Origin: an uncultured Gemmatimonadaceae bacterium
GTDB lineage: Bacteria; Gemmatimonadota; Gemmatimonadetes; Gemmatimonadales; Gemmatimonadaceae
Assembly (NCBI GenBank): GCA_963829055.1
Contig: CAWHHI010000011.1
Span: forward strand, 352,001 to 416,000
Direction of reading: 5' to 3'
DNA: 64,000 nt
The notes below the pieces were generated by a model, which worked only from the letters and a program-made list of their open reading frames with translations, searched no databases and was not told the DNA's origin. Below, piece after piece: positions 47,709-58,414 of the stretch (position 1 is its first letter; each line of letters begins with the position of its first letter). The position numbers and the translations under genes were made by a program.

Positions 47709-48034
47709 GGCGGGGACGAGGTCGAGGCGAGCTTCAGGCCCACGATGCCCGCGACGATCAGCGCGATGCAGGTCAGCCGCATCGCGGTAGCCGGCTCGCG
47801 GAACAGGACGATGCCGAGCACCGCCGTACCTACACTCCCAATGCCAGTCCAGACGGCGTACGCGGTCCCGAGCGGCAACGTGCGGAGCGCCACTCCGAGA
47901 AGACTCAGGCTCGCGATCAGAGCCACGGCGGTGGCGACCATCGGCCAAGCCCGCGTGAAGCCCACGGTGTACTTGAGGCCCACGGCCCAGCCGATCTCAA
48001 ACAGTCCAGCAGCGAAAAGGACGGCCCACACCAT
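47705..48034 (-). CDS. sugE: SMR family guanidinium exporter Gdx/SugE
   Basis: [24 protein letters not shown]; riboswitch upstream. Confidence 0.93.
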   Translation of the reverse strand: MVWAVLFAAGLFEIGWAVGLKYTVGFTRAWPMVATAVALIASLSLLGVALRTLPLGTAYAVWTGIGSVGTAVLGIVLFREPATAMRLTCIALIVAGIVGLKLASTSSPP

Positions 48035-48054
48035 CTCCGTACTCCACGGATGAT

Positions 48055-48103
48055 GTAGGGTCGTCCCTACGTTCTCGCGCGACTCCGAGGGTCGTCCCCC
48101 GGA
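48055..48103 (-). ncRNA. Guanidine-II (mini-ykkC) riboswitch
   Basis: Two GC stems capped by ACGA tetraloops (UCCGGGGG-ACGA-CCCUCGGA and GUAGGG-ACGA-CCCUAC), 13-nt linker, 20 nt upstream of the sugE ATG. Confidence 0.92.
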
Positions 48104-48200
48104 CGTGGTGTGCTTCCAAAATATTCTGAAGCAGCGAGCGAGTCCAGCGATCGGACCTCGTTGCGCGCACGCCCCAGCCTGATACCCGCGTTAGGTCCAG

Positions 48201-49016
48201 TCAGGGCAGCGAGTCGATGACTCGGCGCTTGCTCAACTGATCGACGTCGAACGACACGGCGCGACCTCGGCGCGACTCGGCGCCGCGCACGGTCATGAGC
48301 GCCGAGTAGTAGTCGAGGTACGCGAAGGACGAGATCTTCCCGCCGACGAACTCGTACTTCGTCACCGCGTTGCGCCAACGCGACGAGTCCTCCGGCGCGA
48401 CGCCAACGTAGACGTACGGACGAAATCCGTCGGGATCCTCCCAGTTCTCCGCGTACCACACGGACCGAATGCCGCGCCACGCAGGGTGCTCGGTCACGAC
48501 GCCAGGCAGCGACGCGAGCAGCACAGCATCGACGACGACGCGGCTCGCCGCCGCGTGATCCTTGTGGATGCTCGAGCCCCAGTGCGTGAGAACGTGCGTC
48601 GGCTTCACCTGACGAATCACATCAGCCACATAACGCCGCGTCGCATCATCATCCGGCAGCTGGCCATCCTTGTACGGCGCGAACAACACCTCGGCACCTA
48701 ACGCGGCGGCGACGGCCTGAGCCTCGCGGCGCTTCTGTTCGCCGTACGTCTCCGGCGAGAGCTTCGGGTTGCCCCCTTCGCCCAGCGTCAGGTGGAGAAT
48801 CACCGTGCGGTCGCCGAGCCGCCGCTGATGCGCGAGCAGCAAGCCGGTCGTGAGCTCGGCGTCCCCAGCATGCGCGCCAATCGCGAGAATGGTGCGAGCC
48901 GGCGTGGCGGCCTGCGAGCCCTGCGCACCGAGGTCTCTCCCGGGAGTAGCGATCGTTGCGACTGCGACGGCCATCGCGAGCATCAGCGTGATGCGCCGGC
49001 CCGTCGCGACGTTCAC
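48201..49016 (-). CDS. PIG-L/LmbE family deacetylase with signal peptide
   Basis: IGAHAGDAE, LTLGEGG, HKDH. Confidence 0.85.
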   Translation of the reverse strand: MNVATGRRITLMLAMAVAVATIATPGRDLGAQGSQAATPARTILAIGAHAGDAELTTGLLLAHQRRLGDRTVILHLTLGEGGNPKLSPETYGEQKRREAQAVAAALGAEVLFAPYKDGQLPDDDATRRYVADVIRQVKPTHVLTHWGSSIHKDHAAASRVVVDAVLLASLPGVVTEHPAWRGIRSVWYAENWEDPDGFRPYVYVGVAPEDSSRWRNAVTKYEFVGGKISSFAYLDYYSALMTVRGAESRRGRAVSFDVDQLSKRRVIDSLP

Positions 49017-49240
49017 GACGCTTTGGTTTCCTTGGGCGCGACCTGGCGCTGAGAGCGACAGGCGAGGCAGACCACCGGCGCACCGAACGAAACCTGAATC
49101 CGACGCACCAACGAGCCGTGCAGATGGTTGTCGCACAGGATTCTCCGACAGCGCTCGCACACGCCGCCTCCGCCAATGTGAAAGCGCACGTGACAGCGGT
49201 CGCACTCGGAAAAGAAGATCGACTTCTTGAGGAAGGGCAT
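49013..49240 (-). CDS. Small Cys/His zinc-finger protein
   Basis: CDRC, CERC, CDNH, CLAC in 75 aa; GTGA overlap with the PIG-L gene. Confidence 0.65.
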   Translation of the reverse strand: MPFLKKSIFFSECDRCHVRFHIGGGGVCERCRRILCDNHLHGSLVRRIQVSFGAPVVCLACRSQRQVAPKETKAS

Positions 49241-49271
49241 GTCGAAAAAAATAGCGCCGCGCAACGCGGCG

Positions 49272-49703
49272 TCACACGTTGAGCCGGTCATCGTACGGCA
49301 CCGTTTCGCCGAACTCGACGTGGCGGCGAAGGATCCGCAGATAGAGCGCCCAGCAATGACACGACGTCCGATAGTGGTCGTTGGCCGACGGCCAGCCGCG
49401 ATGGTAGAAGCGCACTCGCGTAGTCTCGCCGGCTGGCTCGAGCTCGAAGCCGACCAGCGAGTCGGTCCAATCGGCATCGGCGCTCGTCAGGCGCAGTTCG
49501 AACGCGGTACCTGGGGCCGCCTTCGTGACCACGGCATTCCAGTGATACCCCGGTCCGAAGTCCAGGTCGTAGGTCGCACCGACCGCGGCCCGTCCGCTCG
49601 AGCGTAGCGTCCACCATTCGTCGAGCAGACGCGGCTCGCTGACCGCCTCGTACACGCGCGCCGCCGACGCGGCGATCGGAAAGTCCTGGAGGATGTCGGC
49701 CAT
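49272..49703 (-). CDS. SRPBCC/Aha1 domain protein
   Basis: VYEAVS...DEWWT, FYHRGW, CHCWALYLRIL. Confidence 0.85.
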   Translation of the reverse strand: MADILQDFPIAASAARVYEAVSEPRLLDEWWTLRSSGRAAVGATYDLDFGPGYHWNAVVTKAAPGTAFELRLTSADADWTDSLVGFELEPAGETTRVRFYHRGWPSANDHYRTSCHCWALYLRILRRHVEFGETVPYDDRLNV

Positions 49704-49830
49704 CGAATCACTGACTGAAGGAATCAGGTGACGACTGGGGTAGTAACACTACGCGTCGAACTGTTCGCGCACGACTCTCGCGGAACGAGGCGCTTGCGGT
49801 TACCTGACTGCCATCACGGAGCCACAAGAT

Positions 49831-50435
49831 ATGAACTCGCTCACCACTCTCGTCCAGGCACTCGGCGTCGCGTTCGCGTCGGGGATCAGCCCGTACGCAA
49901 CGGTCGCGCTGGCGGGCCTCGCGAGCCGCATGGGATGGATCGACTCGCTGCCCGGCGCGCTCGGCGCCGTGAGTCATCCGGCGGTGATCGTGCTCGCGTC
50001 CGCGCTCACGCTGATGGAGTTTCTCGCGACGCTCATTCCCGGCGTTGCATCGGTGTGGGAGACGATTCACACGGCGATTCGGCCGCCGGCCGCGGCTGCA
50101 CTGGCCGTACTCACCGCCTGGCATGGCGACCCTGCCATCATCACGGCGGCCGCGCTTCTCGGTGGGGGGCTCGGATTCGCGACCCACGCCACGAAGCTCG
50201 GGCTTCGCTACACGATCGACACGTCTCCCGAGCCTGTCACGAACGGCGCCGCCAACATCGCCGAGCTGGGCGTGGTCGCGACGATCGCGTATACCCTGTG
50301 GCACCACCCATACCTGACGCTCGCCGGAGCGCTCGATCGTGCTCGTGCTGCTCATGCTTGCTCGTCCGCACGATCTTCCGCGCGGCAAAGCGTGCGTTGC
50401 GTGGGCTCCGACCCGCAGCGCCCACCACCGGGTGA
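49831..50435 (+). CDS. DUF4126 family membrane protein, frameshifted
   Basis: FASGISPYAT, IHTAIRPPA, SPEPVTN. Confidence 0.8.
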
Positions 50436-50439
50436 CCGC

Positions 50440-51175
50440 CTAACGGATTCTGGTGGGCGCGAAGACCGTCACGGGTGACCCGTCAGCGACGAACGCCGAT
50501 CGTACCGGGCTGCGAAGCACCTGCGCGAACTCCGCGCCGTAGACCGGCTCCACGTTGCCGTCGAGTCGCGCGTCGACCGCGCTCCAGACGTTCCAGCGGG
50601 GATGCTGTACGCGGTATTCGACGGTGCCGCCGTCTCGCTGGCGGGTGTAGCCCCAGTAGTGCTCGGTGATGAACTCCTCTTCGGAGCCTACCTCGAGCGT
50701 TCTTGCCGCGCCCGTCGTGCGGGCTGAGAGGCGAGTCCACGCGCCGTTCGATCGCCACGCGTACTCCCGCTCGACGCACGTCACCGGGCTGAGAATCGTG
50801 GCGATGCCGCATGGGCAGCGCGCGGTACGGCTCGTTGTACAGCAGCCGGGCGACCACGGCGATAGCGGGACGCGGAACGATCTCGCGGACGAAGACCACG
50901 CCTCGACGCACCTCGTTCCCGACCTCGCGGCGAACGTAGAAGCGCAGGTTCACCTCCTCGAACGTCCGGTGCCACGGGATCGGTAGCCCAAGCACGCGGG
51001 TGTCGCGGAAGAGGAATCCGACGACGCTGACGTACAACGTTCCGCGCCAGCGATCCATTTCGACGCCCGCGGGTAGCAGCGGGGCGAGCAGCGCTGGCGC
51101 CACCTCGTAGTTCACCATCACGAGGTCTCGCCACTCGGCGCGGAGGAACGGGCGTTCGCTTGCTGGGTCGCTCAA
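50440..51175 (-). CDS. DUF2071 (YqjF-like) protein, 1 frameshift
   Basis: AEWRDL, FEEVNLRFYV, FITEHYWGY, VQHPRW. Confidence 0.85.
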
Positions 51176-51372
51176 TCTGGTCGTGTCGATTGCGGTTCAG
51201 CGCGTCCCATTTTCGAACAGCCGCTGGCCTGGCCAGGCCGGTGCGCAACAACACAACACGTTGATTTGACATGTAGTTAGCTGCACATTCGCGACGGCAC
51301 AAGACTTTCCTAAGTGGTATGGCGAGAAGACTCGCCCCCGCGGTCGTAAACCGCCTGCGCTGCACGTAGGAG

Positions 51373-52419
<1,047 letters not shown>

Positions 52420-52422
52420 CCT

Positions 52423-52502
52423 GTCATTCCGAGCGGCGAGCAGGATCGCGTCCGAGAGGCTCGACAACCCGAGACTCGACTCCGGCGTCCGCTCGGAATG
52501 AC
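52423..52502. repeat. REP-like palindromic element
   Basis: Perfect 14-bp arms gtcattccgagcgg ... ccgctcggaatgac. Confidence 0.8.
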
Positions 52503-52564
52503 GACGCTAGCGCGAACCGCCTTGCCAGTCGCATCATGATTTTCCGCGAAGACGAGGATGCGAG

Positions 52565-52981
52565 ATGGCTCTCGACGAGTCGGACCTTGGCAACGTAGGT
52601 CCGGACAAGAGCAGAGGCGCTGGCGGCACACCTGGTGGACTTGGGGAATTTTTCATGGGCCTCGCCATGGCCGCTGGTGGCGGATACCTGCTGCTGAATC
52701 AGGTGACCGTCACGTCCGGCTACTGGCAGCTCGGCGGCTACAACGCGTTCGGCATCTCGCTCATCCCGCTGCTGATCGGGATCGCGATGCTCTTCTTCAA
52801 CGGCCAGTCGAAGCTCGGGTGGGTGCTCACCGCACTCGGCGCGCTCGTCATCCTGCTCGGCATCATCACGAACCTGACGATCTTCTTCCGCCCGACGAGC
52901 CTGTTCAACACGCTCATCATTCTCGGATTGCTCGCGGGCGGACTCGGGCTGATCGTGAGAAGCCTTCGCACGAAAGTCTGA
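52565..52981 (+). CDS. Four-TM membrane protein
   Basis: GAGGTPGGLGEFF N-terminus followed by hydrophobic helices. Confidence 0.75.
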   Translation: MALDESDLGNVGPDKSRGAGGTPGGLGEFFMGLAMAAGGGYLLLNQVTVTSGYWQLGGYNAFGISLIPLLIGIAMLFFNGQSKLGWVLTALGALVILLGIITNLTIFFRPTSLFNTLIILGLLAGGLGLIVRSLRTKV

Positions 52982-53006
52982 ACGCCGCGAGCGGCGCCTA
53001 ACGAGC

Positions 53007-53309
53007 CTAACGCCCCGACAGCAGACGGCCGCGACGTGGCGGCTTCCGTCCGGTCACGCGTGTCCAGCCAGCGGCCGCGCCTCGCCGGGCGGCCAACTGC
53101 GCGACACTCACGAGCACGCCCGTGATCGCGCTCCACGCGACTGCCTTTCCCCAGCTCGTGGTCGACGCGTCGGGATCGATCGGCGGCTCCTCGTCGCGAA
53201 TCGCCCGCCAGCCGCCTTCGATCAACCCTGTCGCCGCAGCGCCCGCGGCCATCGCGGATCCAGCACCCACCAACATCCACGTCACGCGCTGCTTTCGTCG
53301 TTTGTTCAC
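53007..53309 (-). CDS. DUF4235-like protein
   Basis: GWRAIRDEEPP, AVAWSAITG, ARRGAAAGW. Confidence 0.7.
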   Translation of the reverse strand: MNKRRKQRVTWMLVGAGSAMAAGAAATGLIEGGWRAIRDEEPPIDPDASTTSWGKAVAWSAITGVLVSVAQLAARRGAAAGWTRVTGRKPPRRGRLLSGR

Positions 53310-53365
53310 CCTGCCCCCTCCGTCAGTAGTCTGACCACTAGCGGGCAAGGCCGGTGCCGGACGTT

Positions 53366-53548
53366 CTACGGCTCGTCGTCGTGGTCAGCCGGAGGACCCG
53401 ACCTGAGCGGTTCCCATGATGGAGGATCGCTCGCAGGAAAGCTTTCCTCCGATGCTTCCTCCACGGCGTCTACTGGAGGCGTACTCACGTCCGCCTGTGG
53501 TCGCGTGGCTGCGCGCGTAACCTCGGGCCGTTCATGTTCTTCGGGCAT
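53366..53548 (-). CDS. Small acidic protein with EASEESFPASDPP motif
   Basis: Recognisable small-protein motif; GGAGG RBS upstream. Confidence 0.65.
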   Translation of the reverse strand: MPEEHERPEVTRAATRPQADVSTPPVDAVEEASEESFPASDPPSWEPLRSGPPADHDDEP

Positions 53549-53709
53549 TGGTGGACCTCCCTGAAATGAGCTGAGCACGAACCCGAACGATGAGCCCGTT
53601 CGAGAACGATCACTCCGCGTAATGGACCAGCTCGACAGAGTGCGGCATGCGTCGTGCCCGTTAGGCGCCCTTCCCTCTGCACACGCCTGACAGCCGCACG
53701 CGGAGTCCC

Positions 53710-54099
53710 ATGGCGCTCCATCTCACGAATTTCAACGTAGCACATCAAATCGCGGGTCGCATCCGAGCGCTGATCGCGCGACAGGACAACGGCGACGTCA
53801 CCGCCGCCGCGCGCCGACTCGAACTTCCCATCGCGGACGTCTATCTACCGGAACGCGTCATCTCGCTCGAACGATGAGCCGGCGGCGCTCGAATTTCTCG
53901 CGACGGTCGTTCGCAGCTACGACGCGGACGTCTGCTGGCTGATCACCGGCACGACGGCCCGCAACGCGCAGCGCGCGACGCCATTCTCCGAGCGAGGCGC
54001 GCGGTGACGATCGTCGAGCTCCTCGGCGAGTTGAGCGACCGGCTGCTCGACGAAGTGCGCAGCGAGCGCGAGACCACGTCGAAGCACGGGCCACACTAA
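53710..54099 (+). CDS. Putative HTH DNA-binding protein, frameshifted
   Basis: Manual translation: RIRALIARQDNGDVTAAARRL ... DVCWLITG. Confidence 0.5.
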
Positions 54100-54108
54100 C
54101 GCGCACCG

Positions 54109-55008
54109 TCAGCCTGCGATGCTCGGCGCCATGCCCATGGAGTGGTAGCCCTTGTCGACGTAGATCGTCGTGCCGGTGATGCCTGACGCGAGCGGGCTCG
54201 CGAGAAACGCCGCGGTGACGCCGACGTCCATCGGCGTCAGCTCGCTCGTGAGCGGCGAGTTGGCCGAGCAGTACTCGACCATGCGCTCGATGATGCCGAT
54301 GGCGCTCGCGGCGCGCGACGCGAGTGGGCCGGCGGAGATGGTGTTGATGCGAACGCCCCACTTGCGGCCGGCCTCGTAGGCGAGCGTCCGCGTGTCGCTC
54401 TCGAGCGCCGCTTTCGCCGACGACATTCCGCCGCCGTAGCCCGGGATCACGCGCTCGCTCGCCATGTACGTGAGCGAAACGACCGACGCGTTAGGCCGCA
54501 GCAGTGGACCCGAGCCGACTCACGAGCGAGATGAGCGAGTACGCGCTCACGCCCACGGCGGCGAGATAGCCCGATCGCGACGTCTCGAGCAGCGGCTTCT
54601 TGACCTCCGGGCCGTTCGCCAGCGAGTGCACGACGAATGTCGAGTGCCGGGGTTCCGAAATCACTCGTCAGGCGCGTCGCGAGCCCGTCGATCGAGAAGT
54701 CGCCGACGCTCGCGATAGCGCTTGTTCGTGCGGATGTCCTCGGGGGCGTCGGCGAGCGTGTCGAACGCGGCGTCGAGCGGATAGATGCGCTCGAACTCCA
54801 TCAGCGAGCCGTTGCCGAGTCGACGGGACTCGTCGAGCTTCCCGCGCTCGAGCAGATTCATGAAAATGTTGAGCGCCGGCGGCCACGTGCCGACGCAGAC
54901 CGACGCTCCGGCCTCGGCGAGCGCCTTCGCGATGGCGAACCCGTATCCTGCATCGTCGGCGACGCCGGCGACCAGCGCGCGACGGCCGGTGAGATCGATG
55001 GCTAGCAT
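54109..55008 (-). CDS. fabI: Enoyl-ACP reductase, plant/chlamydial type, frameshifted
   Basis: [55 protein letters not shown]. Confidence 0.9.
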
Positions 55009-55089
55009 GGCGTGATATCGCCACTCGGGTTGCGCCGGGCAAGTGGCCGGGACTTCCGATAGTACCGGTGGTTGTGCTATGGTCGGCTG

Positions 55090-55136
55090 GCTGTCGCAGG
55101 TCAGCTGTCGCAGGTGAGCTGTCGCTGGTCAGCTGG
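55090..55136. repeat. 14-bp tandem repeat GCTGTCGCAGGTCA x3
   Basis: Direct repeats at 55090, 55104 and 55118, just before the RBS. Confidence 0.75.
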
Positions 55137-55143
55137 AGGAGAA

Positions 55144-55508
55144 ATGCCAACCGTGCTGTATGTCGACGACGACCCTGCGGTCCGCATGGTCGTTCGCCGC
55201 CAACTCGAGTACCACGGACTCCAGGTGTATACCGCCGAGGGCGTCCGAGAGGCGAAGGAGCGCATCGAGCAGATGCCGCCCGACGGCCTGTTCATCGACA
55301 TCTGGCTCGGTGACGGTACCGCGTTCGAGCTGCACGCGTGGCTGCAGGAGCATCATCCCGCGCTCGTCGAAGCGGGTGGTCTTCGTGAGCGGCGACGTCC
55401 CGGGCGACACGAGCTGGTCCCACACCCACCGCGCTCGGCTGTCCGGTCCTCGGCAAGCCGCTCGATGTGCCGGCGATGGTGCGTCTCGCACAGGAGTGGG
55501 ATGGATAG
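55144..55508 (+). CDS. Single-domain response regulator, frameshifted
   Basis: VLYVDDD, LFIDIWL, VFVSG, GKP. Confidence 0.8.
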
Positions 55509-55532
55509 ACGCCGAGCGAGTCCTGGCGCCGC

Positions 55533-56754
55533 GTGCCTGCCGGCAGCAACGTCCTCGATCCTCGCACGACTCGCGTCGGCGGCTCGCCGCTTCCACCCTC
55601 GGCGGAGCGACGGCTGCGCAGACAGTCAGCCAGGAACACCCTCGTTCGCGCGAGGCCTGTGGCGCATTGCCGCCGCCGACGTCTCGAGCGGCAACCGGGT
55701 CACGCTGCTCCGCAACGGACCGGCGACGTTCGAGGCGATGCTCGCGCTGATCGACGGCGCGGAGCGGTCGGTGAGCCTCGAGGGGTACATCTTCCGGAGC
55801 GACGAGGTAGGCCAGCAGTTCGCCGACGCGCTCGTTGCCGCAGCGATGCGGGGCGTGAAGCGTGCGTCTGCTGGTCGACTGGATCGGCCGCATGGGGACG
55901 CCGATACTCGTTCTTCAACACCATGCGCGCCGCGCGGCGTCGACGTGCGGATCTTCAATCCGCCGGGATTCCGCCGCTGGCTCGGACTCGTGCCGCGCGA
56001 TCACCGAAAGCTGCTCGTCGTCGACGACCGCGCGGGCGTGACCGGCGGCATTGGCATCGGTCGCGAGTGGAAGACCGGCGTGCTCAAGCGGCGTCGTGCG
56101 CCGTGGCGCGACACGGCGGTGCTGATCGAGGGCGCCGCCGCGAACGACATGATTCAGGCGTTCGAGCGGATGTGGCGACGCGCGACGGGCAAGGAGCGTC
56201 GCGGCTCGCATCGCCATCTCACGCGGCCCGCGCGATCGACCCACCTCGATCCGAGCGTGCATCCGCCTGCGCTGGTCGGCATCATCGAAGGCGAGCCCGG
56301 CCGGTTCCGGGTCTCGCGCGCACTTCAGATCCAGGCTGTGTCGGCCGAGCGGTCGATCTGGATCGCGAGCGCGTACTTCACGCCGAGCTCATCGGAGGTC
56401 GAGGCGCTGACGGGCGCGGCGCGCGACGGGGTGGACGTGCGGGTGCTCGTGCCGAGCCGGTACGATCACCCGTGGATTCGACTCGCCACACGGCACTTCT
56501 ACCGCCGTTTGCTGCTGAACGGGGTACGGATCTGGGAGTGGCGCGGCGAGATGATGCACGCGAAGACGAGCGTGGTGGACGGTCGCTGGACGCGCATCGG
56601 CTCGACCGATTTCAACCCGCTGGGTATCGCCATCAACTTCGAGCTCGACGCGGTCATCGAAGACCGCGTCCTCGGCGCGCAGGCGGAGGCGATGTTCCTC
56701 GAGGACCTCGAGCAATCGAAGGAGATCACGATCAACATGGCAGCCGCACGATGA
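55533..56754 (+). CDS. Cardiolipin synthase / phospholipase D (ClsB-like), start uncertain
   Basis: Two HKD motifs: DHRKLLVVD and MHAKTSVVD. Confidence 0.9.
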
Positions 56755-58282
56755 AGCCACTGGCTCGACGCCTCAGCCGGCAGCGAACGCTCTCGTTCGT
56801 GCTGGTGGCGGCGTGCGCTGGCCCGACGGAAGCGCAGCTGCCGGCGCAGGCGTCGAAGTCCGCCGCCACGACGGTGCGCGTCGAGGTGAACGCCGCCGCG
56901 GCGCATCAGGTGATGGAGGGGTTCGGCGCGACGACCGCGTCGCTCATCTATCAGAACGGCGCCGACGACAAGGTGCCGGCGGCGCTCCGCACGCGCGCCG
57001 TGCAGGCGGTGTATCGGCGACGTCAAGCCTGACGCTCGGCAACGTGTCGCTCGGCCAGTGGGAACCGGCGAACGATGACGCGGACCCGATGCATCTGAAC
57101 GAGCCGGCGTTCGAGGTGGCGGGGCTGCAAGCGGTCAACGAGAAGCTGCTGGCGCCGGCGCGCGCGTTAGGCGCCGATGGGCTCTACCCCGGCAACGTCA
57201 TCAGCATGGACGCGACCGAGTGGCTCAAGCCGCTCCGCGCGAGTTCGAACTACAATCGCTACATCGACGAGTGCGCCGAGTACGTGGTGAGCGCGGTGCT
57301 CAAGTGGCGGGACGTGACGGGCCAGATTCCGCGTTACCACGCACTGTTCAACGAAGCGATCTGGGGAAATCAGGAGCTCAAGGGCGGGAACACCGAAGGA
57401 GATCATCGGACATCATCAAGCGCGCCGGAGCGCAGACTGCGCTCGGCCGGTATGCCGACCAGGTTCGTGATCGCGTCGGAGTACTCTGCCGCGCAGTCGG
57501 CGGCGCTGTCGAAGGAGATTCTCGCCGACCCGGACGCGAGGCAGTACGTGGGCGCGATCGGGTATCACCCGTACCCGTACGGGTCGGCCTACTCGAGCAT
57601 GCCGGTGATTCTCGCCGGCGCGGGTGCGGGTCGTCCGGATCCGGCCGCGCTCGCGGATCGCCGGCGCTTCGCGACCTCGGGCGCCAGTACAACGTTCCGG
57701 TGTGGATGACGGAGGTGTCGCACGGCGAGCTCGATCCGCGGACGATGGACGCGCTGCGCGCGCGGGCGATCCAGATTCACGATGAGCTGGCGTACGCGGA
57801 TGCGAGCGCGTTCTTCGGCATGCACGCGATGTGGGACAGCAAGTCGAACTCGGAGCACTTCGGTGCGGGGCGGTCGCTGCTCAAGGAGGAGGACACGATC
57901 GTGCTGATCGACGTCGACGCCTCGTCGGTGTTGATCACGGGGACGGGGTATGCGATCGGGCACTACGCGCGGTGGGTGCAGCGCGGCGCGTTGCGGGTGG
58001 AGGCGACGAGCGACGATCCGCTGGTGATGGTGAGCGCGTTCACGAACCGGAAGACGTGGCAAGGCGTCGTTCGTGATCATCAACAAGCGATGCGGCGTCG
58101 AAGACGGTGCGCGTGCACGTGAGCGGGGCTGACGTTCACGGGGCCGTTGACGGGCGAGCAGTCGTCGGGCGACGCGCGGTGGAAGGCGTTAGGCGCGGTG
58201 GCGCTGGATGGGGATGCGAAGGACGCGTTCGTGGTTACGGTGCCGGGGAAGTAGCGTCACATCCCTGGGTGGTAAGTACTGA
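56751..58282 (+). CDS. Secreted GH30-like glycoside hydrolase, frameshifted
   Basis: QVMEGFG, ALFNEA, GYHPY, VWMTEV, AIGHYARWV. Confidence 0.75.
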
Positions 58283-58296
58283 AAGATCAACTGCCG

Positions 58297-58343
58297 GCTG
58301 GTTGCTGGGTGCTCGTGCTGGTGGCTGGGTGACGCTGAGTGCC
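58297..58343 (-). repeat. 47-bp dispersed repeat, copy 2
   Basis: 44/47 identity to 21422-21468. Confidence 0.8.
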
Positions 58344-58360
58344 GACGGCGTCAGGTAGAT

Positions 58361-58398
58361 GCGAGAACCCCGGGGCTGAGCTCCCGGGGTTCTCGTTT
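58361..58398. terminator. Hairpin / putative intrinsic terminator
   Basis: cgagaaccccggg-gctgagct-cccggggttctcg-ttt between convergent genes. Confidence 0.7.
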
Positions 58399-58414
58399 GG
58401 CAGACCAGTGAGCG

